A DNA stretch of 64,000 nucleotides from an uncultured Nitrososphaerales archaeon (GTDB lineage Archaea > Thermoproteota > Nitrososphaeria > Nitrososphaerales > Nitrososphaeraceae), in contig CAVOHZ010000010.1 in assembly GCA_963695855.1 (NCBI GenBank), positions 1 to 64,000 on the forward strand. The letters run 5' to 3'. Below are positions 33,461 through 43,938 of this stretch, piece by piece. Positions within the stretch are counted from its first letter, which is position 1. The number at the start of each line of letters is the position of its first letter. Under the pieces are notes generated by a model, which saw nothing but the letters and a program-made list of their open reading frames with translations, made no database searches and had not been told where the DNA came from. The position numbers and the translations under genes were made by a program.

Positions 33461-34073
33461 TTATACAAAACAAGCAGCTTTATCTAAATATATACCGCAA
33501 CTATTAAATCCAGTCTCTGATATGGTAAAACCTCTTGGAGATCCAAATGCCGATGTCACCTTAGTTGAATTTGCAGATTATAGGTGTCCTTTCTGTGATA
33601 AGTTTCATAAAGAATCTTTTGATAAAATAAAGACAAACTTTTTAGATACTGGAAAGGTGAAATTTGTGTTTAAAGATTTTGTTGTAAACGACAGGGGAGA
33701 ATATAAAGGATCAGCGCAGGGATCAATAGCAACTTATTGTGCTGCTGAACAGGGCAAATATTGGGAACTTTCAAATGAGATATTTAAAAATTTTAAACCA
33801 GAACCACAGCATTGGATTACTATAGACTCTCTAACACAATTTGCAAAGAATATACAGATTCAGGATATTGAGAAATTCAAAAGTTGTGTAGAGTCTAACA
33901 AATACAATGATATTATACAAACAAACAAAATACTTGCAGCAAGTCTCGGTCTGACTGGGACTCCTTCCTTTGCAGTCCTCAAAGGTGATAAACTTCAGAC
34001 CATCCTGCCTGGAGCAATTCCATACCCGGTCTTTGAAAGTACTTTAACTGCTTTAAGTGCTTTACAAGGATAG
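33441..34073 (+). CDS. DsbA-family (thioredoxin_4) disulfide oxidoreductase domain
   Basis: LGDPNADVTLVEFADYRCPFC, CAAEQGKYWE and cis-Pro GLTGTPSF. Confidence 0.9.
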   Translation: MMASLSDYTKQAALSKYIPQLLNPVSDMVKPLGDPNADVTLVEFADYRCPFCDKFHKESFDKIKTNFLDTGKVKFVFKDFVVNDRGEYKGSAQGSIATYCAAEQGKYWELSNEIFKNFKPEPQHWITIDSLTQFAKNIQIQDIEKFKSCVESNKYNDIIQTNKILAASLGLTGTPSFAVLKGDKLQTILPGAIPYPVFESTLTALSALQG

Positions 34074-34372
34074 TACTTTTTTTTATTTTCATTTTTTGGA
34101 TACAAAAATAATATTTTTCTAATAATGGTAATCAATTCATAAAATTAAGAAGAGAGAATTAATAGAGAATTATATTATATAACAAAAATAAGATATATTG
34201 AAATATATAATATATCGAGATGTTATATAAGTACCATAGTTAATACAAAATAATTATTATTTTTTTTACTTAATAGAAACTTTACTAAATAACTATAATA
34301 AAAAATCAGACTATAATATGTATATTATAATCCTGCAAACTTCTGAAATATTAAAACATTACAAATCTGATC

Positions 34373-36828
34373 ATGCACAAGTCAGTAATAAAGGTAGTAT
34401 TCTTGGCAGCCATTTTGATCGCTGGTACAATTACTATCGCATCACCGAGCCTAATAGATGATGTTCAAGCTTCCAGCGACAAAAAGGATAAGAAACGAGA
34501 TTCTCATGATAGAGATGATAAACAAAGAGATTCTCATGATAGAAAAGATAAAAAGAATCCATATGATCCTTATAAGAAGTCATATAATGACAGAGATCCG
34601 TACATGAAAGATCAATATGCCCAAGATCCCTACAAGAAATCATATGATGACAGCAAATCATACCAAAAAGACCCATATGCTAAAGACCCATATTCTAGTG
34701 GAGATCAATACAAAAAAGACCCATATGCTAAAGACCCATATTCTAGTGGAGATCAATACAAAAAAGACCCATATCCAAAAGATGACTATATGAAATCATA
34801 CGAAGACCCATACAAGAAATCATACGAAGACCCATATGCTAAAGACCCATATGCTAAAGATGATTCATGAAACATATGATGACCAAAAATCATACCAAAA
34901 AGACCCATATGCTAAAGACCCATATTCTATGAAACGATATGATGACCAAAAATCATACAAAAAAGACCCATATGCTAAAGACCCATATTCTAGTGGAGAT
35001 CAATACAAAAAAGACCCATATCCAAAAGATGACTATATGAAATCATACGAAGACCCATACAAGAAATCATATGAAGACCCATACAAAAAACCATATGAAG
35101 ACCCATATTCTAGTGGAGATCAATACAAAAAAGACCCATATGCTAAAGACCCATATTCTATGAAGACCCATACAAGAAATCATACGAAGACCCATATGCT
35201 AAAGATGATTCTATGAAACGATATGATGACCAAAAATCATACCAAAAAGACCCATATGCTAAAGACCCATACAAGAAATCATACGAAGACCCATACAAGA
35301 AATCATACGAAGACCCATACAAGAAATCATACGAAGACCCATACAAGAAATCATACGAAGACCCATACAAGAAATCATACGAAGACCCATACAAGAAATC
35401 ATACGAAGACCCATACAAGAAATCATACGAAGACCCATACAAGAAATCATACGAAGACCCATACAAGAAATCATACGAAGACCCATACAAGAAATCATAC
35501 GAAGACCCATACAAGAAATCATACGAAGACCCATACAAGAAATCATATGATGACAGCAAATCATACCAAAAAGACCCATATGCTAAAGACCCATATGCTA
35601 AAGACCCATATGCTAAAGACCATCTTATGGAAGTGATCAATACCAAAAAGACCCATATGCTAAAGACCATATGCTAAAGACCGATATGCTGAAAGAATCA
35701 TACCAAAAAGACCCATATGCTAAAGACCCATCTATGCATAGATGACCCATATACTAAAGACCCATATGCTAAAGACCAATCTTATGGAAGTGATCAATAC
35801 AAAAAAGACCCATATGCTAAAGACCCATATGCTAAAGACCAATCTTATGGAAGTGATCAATACAAAAAAGACCCATATGCTAAAGACCCATATGCTAAAG
35901 ACCATATGACGGAAGAGATCAATACAAAAATAGATCCATATGCCAAGAGATGACTCATATGAAATCATATTATGACCAATACAAGAAACCATATGACGGA
36001 AGAGATCAATACAAAAATAATCCATATCCAAGAGATGACTATATGAAACCACATGATGATCCATACAAGAAACCATATGACGGAAGAGATCAATACAAAA
36101 ATAATCCATATCCAAGAGATGACTATATGAAACCACATGATGATCCATACAAGAAACCATATGACGGAAGAGATCAATACAAAAATAATCCATATCCAAG
36201 AGATGACTATATGAAACCACATGATGATCCATACAAGAAACCATATGACGGAAGAGATCAATACAAAAATAATCCATATCCAAGAGATGACTATATGAAA
36301 CCACATGATGATCCATACAAGAAACCATATGACGGAAGAGATCAATACAAAAATAATCCATATCCAAGAGATGACTATATGAAACCACATGATGATCCAT
36401 ACAAGAAACCATATGACGGAAGAGATCAATACAAAAATAATCCATATCCAAGAGATGACTATATGAAACCACATGATGATCCATACAAGAAACCATATGA
36501 CGGAAGTAATACCTCTGACAATCATCAAAAAACATCAATCTATTCAATGGGGGATAGCACTACAAAAAAGACCGACAAAACATTGTCGACCAGCTTGAGT
36601 GATTATCTAAAGGGCGATGGTTCTAAATCTCAACCTACAAAAATGTCAGTAGACAAAAATAACATCGTGAAAAATACAAAAATGTCAGTAGACAAAAATA
36701 ACATCGTGAAAAACTCATCTTTAAAGAAAAGTAGCAACAATTCACCGAAGCATATTGTCAAAAACAATGTGGAAACTCCAGGATCATCTTCGATAAACGT
36801 ACCCTCAATGTTATCACTAGGGCCCTAA
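34373..36828 (+). CDS. Giant secreted Tyr/Asp/Pro/Lys repeat protein (KDPY / YEDPYKKS), broken into several frames
   Basis: Signal peptide (VQA-S). The same repeat vocabulary continues through ORFs 34373, 34836, 35213, 35717 and 35950; Ser/Lys/Asn tail followed by a T-tract. Confidence 0.82.
35264..35548 (+). repeat. 24-bp perfect tandem repeat (DPYKKSYE) x~12
   Basis: gacccatacaagaaatcatacgaa repeated head-to-tail. Confidence 0.92.
35976..36506 (+). repeat. 84-bp perfect tandem repeat (DDPYKKPYDGRDQYKNNPYPRDDYMKPH) x~6
   Basis: 28-aa unit repeated in ORF 35950..36828. Confidence 0.92.
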
Positions 36829-37045
36829 AATAACCAATAACCTTTTCTTTTTTTATTTGTATTACTTTATTTTAAATTAAAAGACTATTCTTTTATTCAT
36901 AATCTTTAATAAAAGGATATGTAACAGTTTTCTAAATTGACGCTTTATATTAAATATCTTTACGCAATACGTGTCTAACTTATAAATTTATTTATATTCA
37001 ATTAGTATTATATTCAGGTCTTAGTAAAAAGGTTCAGTTAACTTA

Positions 37046-37891
37046 GACCCTATCCCAAAATAGATAGGAATATAGCTCATTGGTTTCTTATCATATCTGA
37101 TAATGTTTAAGATTAAAAAATATGTTAGAACAATTATACGTATTCCAGATGATTTATGGAATGAAATTAAAAATATTTGACCTAATGAGAAACCAGTGAA
37201 TACAATAGGCCGTCCAAATGTTCCATGCAGAAAAGTACTTGATGGTATCATGTTTGTCTTGAGGCTGGATGTTAGTGGAAAATGTTACCCAAAGAATATC
37301 GTTCTGGTTCAACTTGCCATGGAAGATTTCAGGAATGGAGACAGTCATGGTATATTTGAAAAATTATGGGCAAGATTATTAAAAATATACGATAACAATA
37401 TAGGAATCAAATGGAACTGGCAGTCTCTTTCTTGACAGCATATCAGTAAAATCACCTTTAGGGGGCGATGACTGGTCATAATCCTACTACAAAAGATAGG
37501 AGTAAATTAGGAACCAAAAGACATATTCTAACAGATAAAGATGGTTTTCCATTGTCTGCAGTAATAACATCTGCAAAATACTCATGATGTTACTGTTGCA
37601 ATTGATACAGTTGATAGCATGGATATCAAAAGAAGACAGTCTTAGAAACTAATTCATAGAAAGAAGAAGAAGAAGCAAAATCTCTATCTTGATAAAGCAC
37701 ATCATTCCAAGAACAAATATTTTGTAGAAAACATCCTGCAGCAAGAAGATGGGTAGAACGGACAAATTCATGGCATAACAGATTTAGGAAATTATTTACA
37801 AGGTATGAAAAGAGGGATGAGAACTATCTTGGTCTTGTAAAGTTAGCAAATAGTATAATTGTTTACAGGAGGATAATTTTGGGATAGGCTG
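37046..37891 (+). mobile_element. Degenerate IS5-family copy related to 7992..8888
   Basis: IRs GACCCTATCCCAAAA / TTTTGGGATAGGCTG, TSD TTA (37043-37045, 37892-37894); the transposase has stops, frameshifts and an internal deletion. Confidence 0.88.
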
Positions 37892-38149
37892 TTAAAGTAA
37901 ATAATAGAGAATACAGGTTTTTAAATATACTCAGTACGCATTAAGACAAATATTTCATACAATTAGTAGATCTGCGCTGCTTATTTCAATTTAGGATTGG
38001 AAGATAAATAAAATTTAAATAATTTATAGTCATTAAATGTAATTAATGATATTTACAATTATATAGCGAAGACCAAACATATTGTAAAAAACCATTAATC
38101 TAGCGAACTAGCTTACTACTAACGATGATAAAGTGATTACTTGCTATCA

Positions 38150-38850
38150 CTATGAACTATTACAAAAAATGAAAATGAAATCAATGCTTCTACGATTCAC
38201 AGAAAAGACATTACGAAAAATTATCTGATATATTTCCCCCAGAGAGTGATTTAAAACTCGTTAACGCATATTCATCATCTGGATATTTATTCAAAATATC
38301 TTTGAATATCTTGATAGCTTCTTCCAACTTACCCAGCTTCATCATCGCAGTTGCCTTGTTGTCAAGCGCAGATTGATACTCAGGGTCTATTTCAAGAGCT
38401 TTATCTATATAACTTAGTAGATTCAGAAAAGTTCCCCAATTGAAGTAAAGAATAACCTATGTTGTTCCATGCCCATTTGTGTTCAGGATCCTTTTCTATG
38501 ACATTATTAAAAACCTCAATTGCCTGTGAGTAGTTGCCTATATCCCTAAGAACATATGCTTTACTGTTCAAAGCCTCGATAAAATTAGGATCTATTGAAA
38601 TGGCTCTATCAAAAGCTGCTATTGCACCTGTATAGTTTCCATGGTCAGCATAAAATCTTCCAAGATTATACCATATGCCCTTTGGTGTATCCATCTTGAT
38701 GGTGTTAACTTTGTTTTCTTCCTTGCTATCATTTGAATGAAAAAATGCATAACTATTAGACACATATAAATTAGAAGATACAAGAGCAACCAAAAAAAAT
38801 GAAAAATACAGGGTGGATAATATGATGGATTTTTCTCTAAATTTGTTCAT
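38150..38850 (-). CDS. Secreted/membrane-anchored TPR protein, frameshift near 38410
   Basis: WYNLG..GNYTGAIAAFDRAISIDP, ALNSKA and AWNNIG repeats; continues in another frame as DKALEIDPEYQSALDNKA... Confidence 0.82.
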
Positions 38851-38984
38851 AGTAATACTGTGCCTGACGGTTTTTATAGATAGATACTATAAAAATTTTA
38901 ATATATATAGATTAAAAAATAAATATTTAGTCAAGATCCAATCCCAGAAAAGAAATTTCAGAGATAAAATATAGATTGAGTAAT

Positions 38985-39554
38985 TTAACCTGTCTTATCT
39001 TCGTTAAAAATGATTATAGTTGAATCAATTTCTGAACTGAGTTTTCGTAACGTCCCTGATGTTTTAAGGGTAGTTATGAGGGGTTTACACATGGAGAGTG
39101 TAAATAAAAGTTTGTCGATAGCATTTAGATTACATTTTACAACAAAGATATCGTTAATTTTTATTTTTTTTACTCGAATTATCTGAATATTTGATTTTTC
39201 TAATTCTATAAATCCAAACAGTTCCGAAAAGCGTTTTTTTATTATCTTTAGCAATATTTTTGAAGGATCAATTGCTTGTTGTTCCTCTTTTTTTAAATTG
39301 AAATTATTCTGTTTATTATATTTCAATTTACTACTATTATTTCTTTGAATTGAGGAAACTGATTGTTGTTGTCGTTGTAGTTGTTTCGTCAGGGCTAAAG
39401 ATTTGGTTTCAACTGTCTTTGACCCGTTGGTAGAGGGCGTCTTTAATTCTTGAGAATTTAAGGAATTTTTGGAAAATAGAGACAGTTTTATGAGCTCCTC
39501 CCTTTTGATTAGAATAGTCAGATATCTTCGTTTTTCCCTACGGCGCAGCATCAT
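38985..39554 (-). CDS. rnp2: RNase P protein Pop5/Rpp14 with Gln/Asn-rich insertion
   Basis: RREKRRYL N-terminus, RFSELFG, and LKTSGTLRKL C-terminal motif; next to Rpp30. Confidence 0.82.
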   Translation of the reverse strand: MMLRRREKRRYLTILIKREELIKLSLFSKNSLNSQELKTPSTNGSKTVETKSLALTKQLQRQQQSVSSIQRNNSSKLKYNKQNNFNLKKEEQQAIDPSKILLKIIKKRFSELFGFIELEKSNIQIIRVKKIKINDIFVVKCNLNAIDKLLFTLSMCKPLITTLKTSGTLRKLSSEIDSTIIIFNEDKTG

Positions 39555-40212
39555 AATACACCTTGTTTTTCAAAAATAGCCACCCATTTAGAACCTTCCA
39601 ATATTTTTGAGGTTCTATATCACATACTTTTAAAGTGGCTTCAAAAGAATTTTCCCCTATCATTTCAAATTTTGAATTAGCCCCACTGGAAATAATTAAT
39701 TGATTGTTGGTTAATTCGCAGAATTTGTATACGTCTTTTATACACCTTATCCATCTCCCAATATCGTTTGCATAAATTGAATCGCGAATATCCTTTATTT
39801 TTATCTCTATACCGATATTTTTTCTGTTTAATCTTTTTAACTGTTTTATTACATCAATGTAATCCCTATATTCTTTTAAACAAAAAATGTCAAACTGTAC
39901 TGGTTTGGAACTTAATAATTTATCAACTTCTTCAAGTATAATCAAGTAATTGACAGAAATAGGTTTATCTGGTTTTTCCTTTAGTCTATAAATAATACTT
40001 ACTTGAGAATTTATTTTATTTTTATTTGATTTTCTATGTTCTTGGTTCTCAGGTGGGTAAGTACCATTATCGATAGCTTTCTCTACATCAATGACATCAT
40101 AACTGTTATCTGTATTACAGTCTATTCCAATTATGTCTAAATTGTGTATCTTTTTAAATTGAACTATTTTTTCTGCAGGTAAATTTAAACATAAATCTAC
40201 TTTTCTGAAAAT
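39538..40212 (-). CDS. rnp3: RNase P protein Rpp30-like; frame open 89 codons upstream of the called TTG start
   Basis: IGIEI and LIISSGANSKFE motifs; position between Pop5 and the RNA-binding protein. The upstream extension begins (ATT)FRKVDLCL. Confidence 0.7.
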   Translation of the reverse strand: MFRKVDLCLNLPAEKIVQFKKIHNLDIIGIDCNTDNSYDVIDVEKAIDNGTYPPENQEHRKSNKNKINSQVSIIYRLKEKPDKPISVNYLIILEEVDKLLSSKPVQFDIFCLKEYRDYIDVIKQLKRLNRKNIGIEIKIKDIRDSIYANDIGRWIRCIKDVYKFCELTNNQLIISSGANSKFEMIGENSFEATLKVCDIEPQKYWKVLNGWLFLKNKVYYDAAP

Positions 40213-40742
40213 TGTATCAACCTCCTATACAAAAGGTAAATCTCATTTTCTACCCTGTTACTCCTTTTCAGTTCAATTATTTTATTTTTATTGGGTTTGA
40301 ATTTAATTTTTATACCTTCGTTTTCTGTCAGAGAAATCTTGTATTTACATGTTTTTTGTTTATCTACTCTCAAAAATAGATTTCCTTTTTCATCTATATG
40401 GTTTTCAAGATTGTTCAGTAAAGCATCTCTTTCTACAAAAGAAATGGCTCCCAGGATTTTTTTAATCAAAGATAAACTTTCTTTTTTGTTTATGATGGCT
40501 GTAAGTTTTAGTATTTTGTTACCCCAATGTCCTTCATATTCTGTTTCTTGAAATTTTTCCTGCGGTATCAGGAGAATTTTGAATATTGAATCCAAAATTT
40601 TTGACTTGTCCTCTGTCGCATGACAAACCAAATCGATTTGTGAATTTAAAAACTCTATATCGGTGTAGATCTTGCCATAACTATTTTTTGTTTTTCCGTT
40701 ATTTTCATTTTGATTTGTGTTTATCTGGATTTTCATGTGCAA
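40197..40742 (-). CDS. RNA-binding protein, DUF54/COG1325 (exosome-associated) family
   Basis: HATEDKSKI, EGHWGNKI and LFLRVDKQ motifs. Confidence 0.85.
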   Translation of the reverse strand: MHMKIQINTNQNENNGKTKNSYGKIYTDIEFLNSQIDLVCHATEDKSKILDSIFKILLIPQEKFQETEYEGHWGNKILKLTAIINKKESLSLIKKILGAISFVERDALLNNLENHIDEKGNLFLRVDKQKTCKYKISLTENEGIKIKFKPNKNKIIELKRSNRVENEIYLLYRRLIQFSEK

Positions 40743-40836
40743 TAATATTGAGAAATAAATAGAACCTAAGAATCTTTAAAGATTTTTTAACACAATGATA
40801 AAATCAAAATAAAAAATAAGGTTGACCTGCTTATTA

Positions 40837-41595
40837 TCAAGCTGCTGCTACCGATTCGATTACAGGAGATTGATCAGCATTATCATTGGCAGCAATAACA
40901 GAATTGGTAGACTCACTACTACTAGTACTAGTAGTAGTAGTGGTAGTAGTGGTAGTAGACATAACAGTTCTCTCTATTGGTTTTGCATCGTGAATTGACC
41001 TTGATTCTGGTGTAGATACCAATCTAGATTTTTTGAAACCAATATGACGTATGAAACCTATTTTTTTTGCCTCAGCCAAGAGATCTTTACTTAAACTTCC
41101 AATAGTAATTTCCTGGATAAATTGATCAACTGTGAGTTGGGACACTTTTTCTGTCAAAAACTTGTCTATCAATAGTCTTATTTCATGCTTTGACGAGGTG
41201 TTCATTCTTCTTTGTGACAAAGTTACGATAGACAATCTAAAGGTATGTCCATCTATAGTAGTATAATTTTTAATAAAGTTAATCATAGAACTTCCTCTTC
41301 TTATTAGACTCCTTAGGTACTCTTTTGCGTATTCATGACCCACAAATTTTGTGCTGGATGAAGCAGTAGTTACTTTATCCAATTGAAGAAAAACTTTAAT
41401 CTGATGTTGTGTTGGATCTTGTTTATAGATGTCAAATAGAGTATTCTCTATGATACGACCGTTACTTGCATCTACATCTGTAACGGGTAAATAATTAATG
41501 GGATTGCCACCAAAGGCGACTGGAGCATTAACTATAATCCATTTTTTATCCTTCCATTTATCCCGGACTCTACCTCTTTTAGAAGCTTTTACCAA
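40837..41595 (-). CDS. rps3ae: 30S ribosomal protein S3Ae (eS1) with Thr/Ser-rich C-terminal extension
   Basis: VRDKWKDKKW..VNAP..FG, GRIIENTLFD and FVGHEYAKEYLRSLIRRGSS. Confidence 0.95.
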   Translation of the reverse strand: MVKASKRGRVRDKWKDKKWIIVNAPVAFGGNPINYLPVTDVDASNGRIIENTLFDIYKQDPTQHQIKVFLQLDKVTTASSSTKFVGHEYAKEYLRSLIRRGSSMINFIKNYTTIDGHTFRLSIVTLSQRRMNTSSKHEIRLLIDKFLTEKVSQLTVDQFIQEITIGSLSKDLLAEAKKIGFIRHIGFKKSRLVSTPESRSIHDAKPIERTVMSTTTTTTTTTSTSSSESTNSVIAANDNADQSPVIESVAAA

Positions 41596-42077
41596 TAGAT
41601 CTCGACTTTACAAAATATATTAATTAGTTATATAAGTTTATGGTGATTTTAGATCGCTTGGTGATATTTTTAAATTTATTAATGTTATTATCTGTGATAT
41701 AGCAATTTAGATAAATAAATAGATAAAATTGCATGAACAACCTTTGAGAGAAGACACTTGTTAAAAACCGAACTCTAACTAGAATATTTTTTATCATTAA
41801 GATGAAGAAGGTTGGAATTTATTTTCGCATATCGTTTTCAATTAAGAAATAGGTATTTTCAAAATTAAAATATATAATACTATCTAAGATAAGAAAAAAT
41901 TCTGCAAGTTTTCAAGAAAATTGTATCATAAAAATTACATTAAAAACAATAATGAATTACAATATAATATTTTAACTGTGAAAATAAAAATAAAGATTTT
42001 TACCTACAAATTACACTAGAATAGCAACTAAGAAATTCTTAGCTTTCTAAATAAATATGGTATTAATTTAACCATCA

Positions 42078-43710
42078 ATGAAAAACTCGCTTATACTTGG
42101 CATTTTTCTTATGAGTAGCTTGATGCTTGGAACTACAAGCATGATGGTTCCTCACGCAATCAATGCACAAGAATATGTTCCGACGCAAAATTTCTATGGG
42201 TATGATGAACAATATGAAAAAAAATATGATCAACAATATGATCAACAATATGACAAAGAAAAATCACCAAAATACAACTATGACAAGAAGAAGGATTATC
42301 CATCCTCAAAACAAGTACTTATTCCTATTCCTGAAGGTCCCCCTGGTCCACAAGGTCCACCAGGACCAACAGGATACCCAGGTCCTGAAGGTCCCGCAGG
42401 TCCGATAGGTCCAATAGGTCCAGCAGGGCCGATAGGTCCAATGGGCCCTGACGGCGAACCAGGTCCTGAAGGTCCACCAGGTCCGATAGGTGAAATCGGG
42501 TATCCGGGTCCTGCAGGTCCACCAGGCCCGATAGGTTATCCAGGCAAACCAGGTCCACCAGGTCCACCAGGTCCACCAGGTCTAACAGGTTACCCAGGCA
42601 AACAAGGTCCACCAGGTTTGCAAGGACTTAAGGGCGATAAGGGAGATCAAGGTCCACCAGGTCTAACAGGTTCACCAGGTTTGCAAGGACTTAAGGGCGA
42701 TAAGGGAGATCAAGGTTCACCAGGTTTGCAAGGACTTAAGGGCGATAAGGGAGATCAAGGTTCACCAGGTCTGACAAGTCTCGTAGCGGGTCAAGGTTCA
42801 ACAGGTGAATGTGAACAATGTTTTCTTTATTACCTGAATTTCTTGACATCAAAGAAAGATGGTAACGATAAAGAATTGGTCAATGTATTTGCAGATCTGC
42901 TTGGAGTACAGATTCCCCAAAATAGTGTGCAAACGCCTGTAGATAAAGAAATAGTTTCAGTCGTTGACTTATGGGATTTGGCTGAAAAATTTGAATCAAA
43001 CCTTTCTCAATTGAAGGATAACCAGCAAAGACTGTCTTTTCTAGAAACTTTACAGGCAGCTGTATTAAATGAGGTATCTGATGAGGAGAAACCAGTAGCT
43101 AATTCTATAATTGAGTGTATAATAGACAGGTTGTTAATAGACGGCAAACAAACTCAAAGCTTATTCTCATCAAGCGCTCTTAAAAAACAGAGTAGCAGTA
43201 ATGATAACCAAGCAGGTGAAGATAGCAAATTAACCCAGATGAACAACGACCAAAGAGTATTCAAAAAACAGAGTAGCAGTAATGATAACCAAGCAGGTGA
43301 AGATAGCAAATTAACCCAGATGAACAACGACCAAAGAGTATTCGAAAAACAGAGTAGCAGTAATGATAACCAAGCAGGTGAAGATAGCAAATTAACCCAG
43401 ATGAACAACGACCAACAAAATAAAGAATACAAAAGAAATAAAGAATGCGCAACAAAACCAACAAATCTTAAGCCAAATTGAGAAAAGTCAAAAGAATGGT
43501 ATGAAGATAATTCAGTTGAATAATGACAATACAGTAAACAAGGGACAAATACAAGAAAATCAACAAAAGCAACAACCACTAAACCAAGTTGAGAAAAGCG
43601 ATAAAGAGCAGATAATAAAACAGACAACAAAATTGCAAAAAGAGTCAAACCCAAAAGTACCCAGCATCCTTCCAATTCAAATTTTACCTCAGTTCAATCC
43701 TACAAAATAG
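42078..43710 (+). CDS. Secreted collagen-like (Gly-X-Y) protein; frameshift near 43435 probably joins ORF 43501..43710
   Basis: Signal peptide, Tyr/Asp linker, uninterrupted G-X-Y run ~42336-42777, GECEQC helical domain, 81-bp repeats and tail [18 protein letters not shown]. Confidence 0.87.
43184..43414 (+). repeat. 81-bp (27-aa) coding tandem repeat x~2.8
   Basis: [23 protein letters not shown] occurs three times. Confidence 0.88.
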
Positions 43711-43938
43711 AGTTAGTTGAAAAATACTAAATCTATCAAATTTTTTATTTTTTTTAAACACCAAGAGTTAATTTTTACGGCAAATTAAATTAAATAAAAT
43801 AAGATAAAAAACAATTCCTAAAAAATTATATGAAATTGTCTATTTAATATAATAAATCGATAAAATCTAAATTTAATTAATAAAAACAATGGCTTTTAAA
43901 AGATTTTGTAAAATTTATTTATACCTTTTTAAGTAAGT

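Noticed and set aside
35264-36506. Short regular repeats as a possible CRISPR array
   Set aside because: Head-to-tail units with lengths divisible by 3, no unique spacers and no cas genes; they are coding repeats.
35158-36547. Alternative-frame and antisense ORFs (HTKTHTRN, YDFLYGSS, MISCMGLR, WIIMWFHIV repeats)
   Set aside because: Frame shadows of the Tyr-rich repeats; only the KDPY frame is continuous with the signal peptide.
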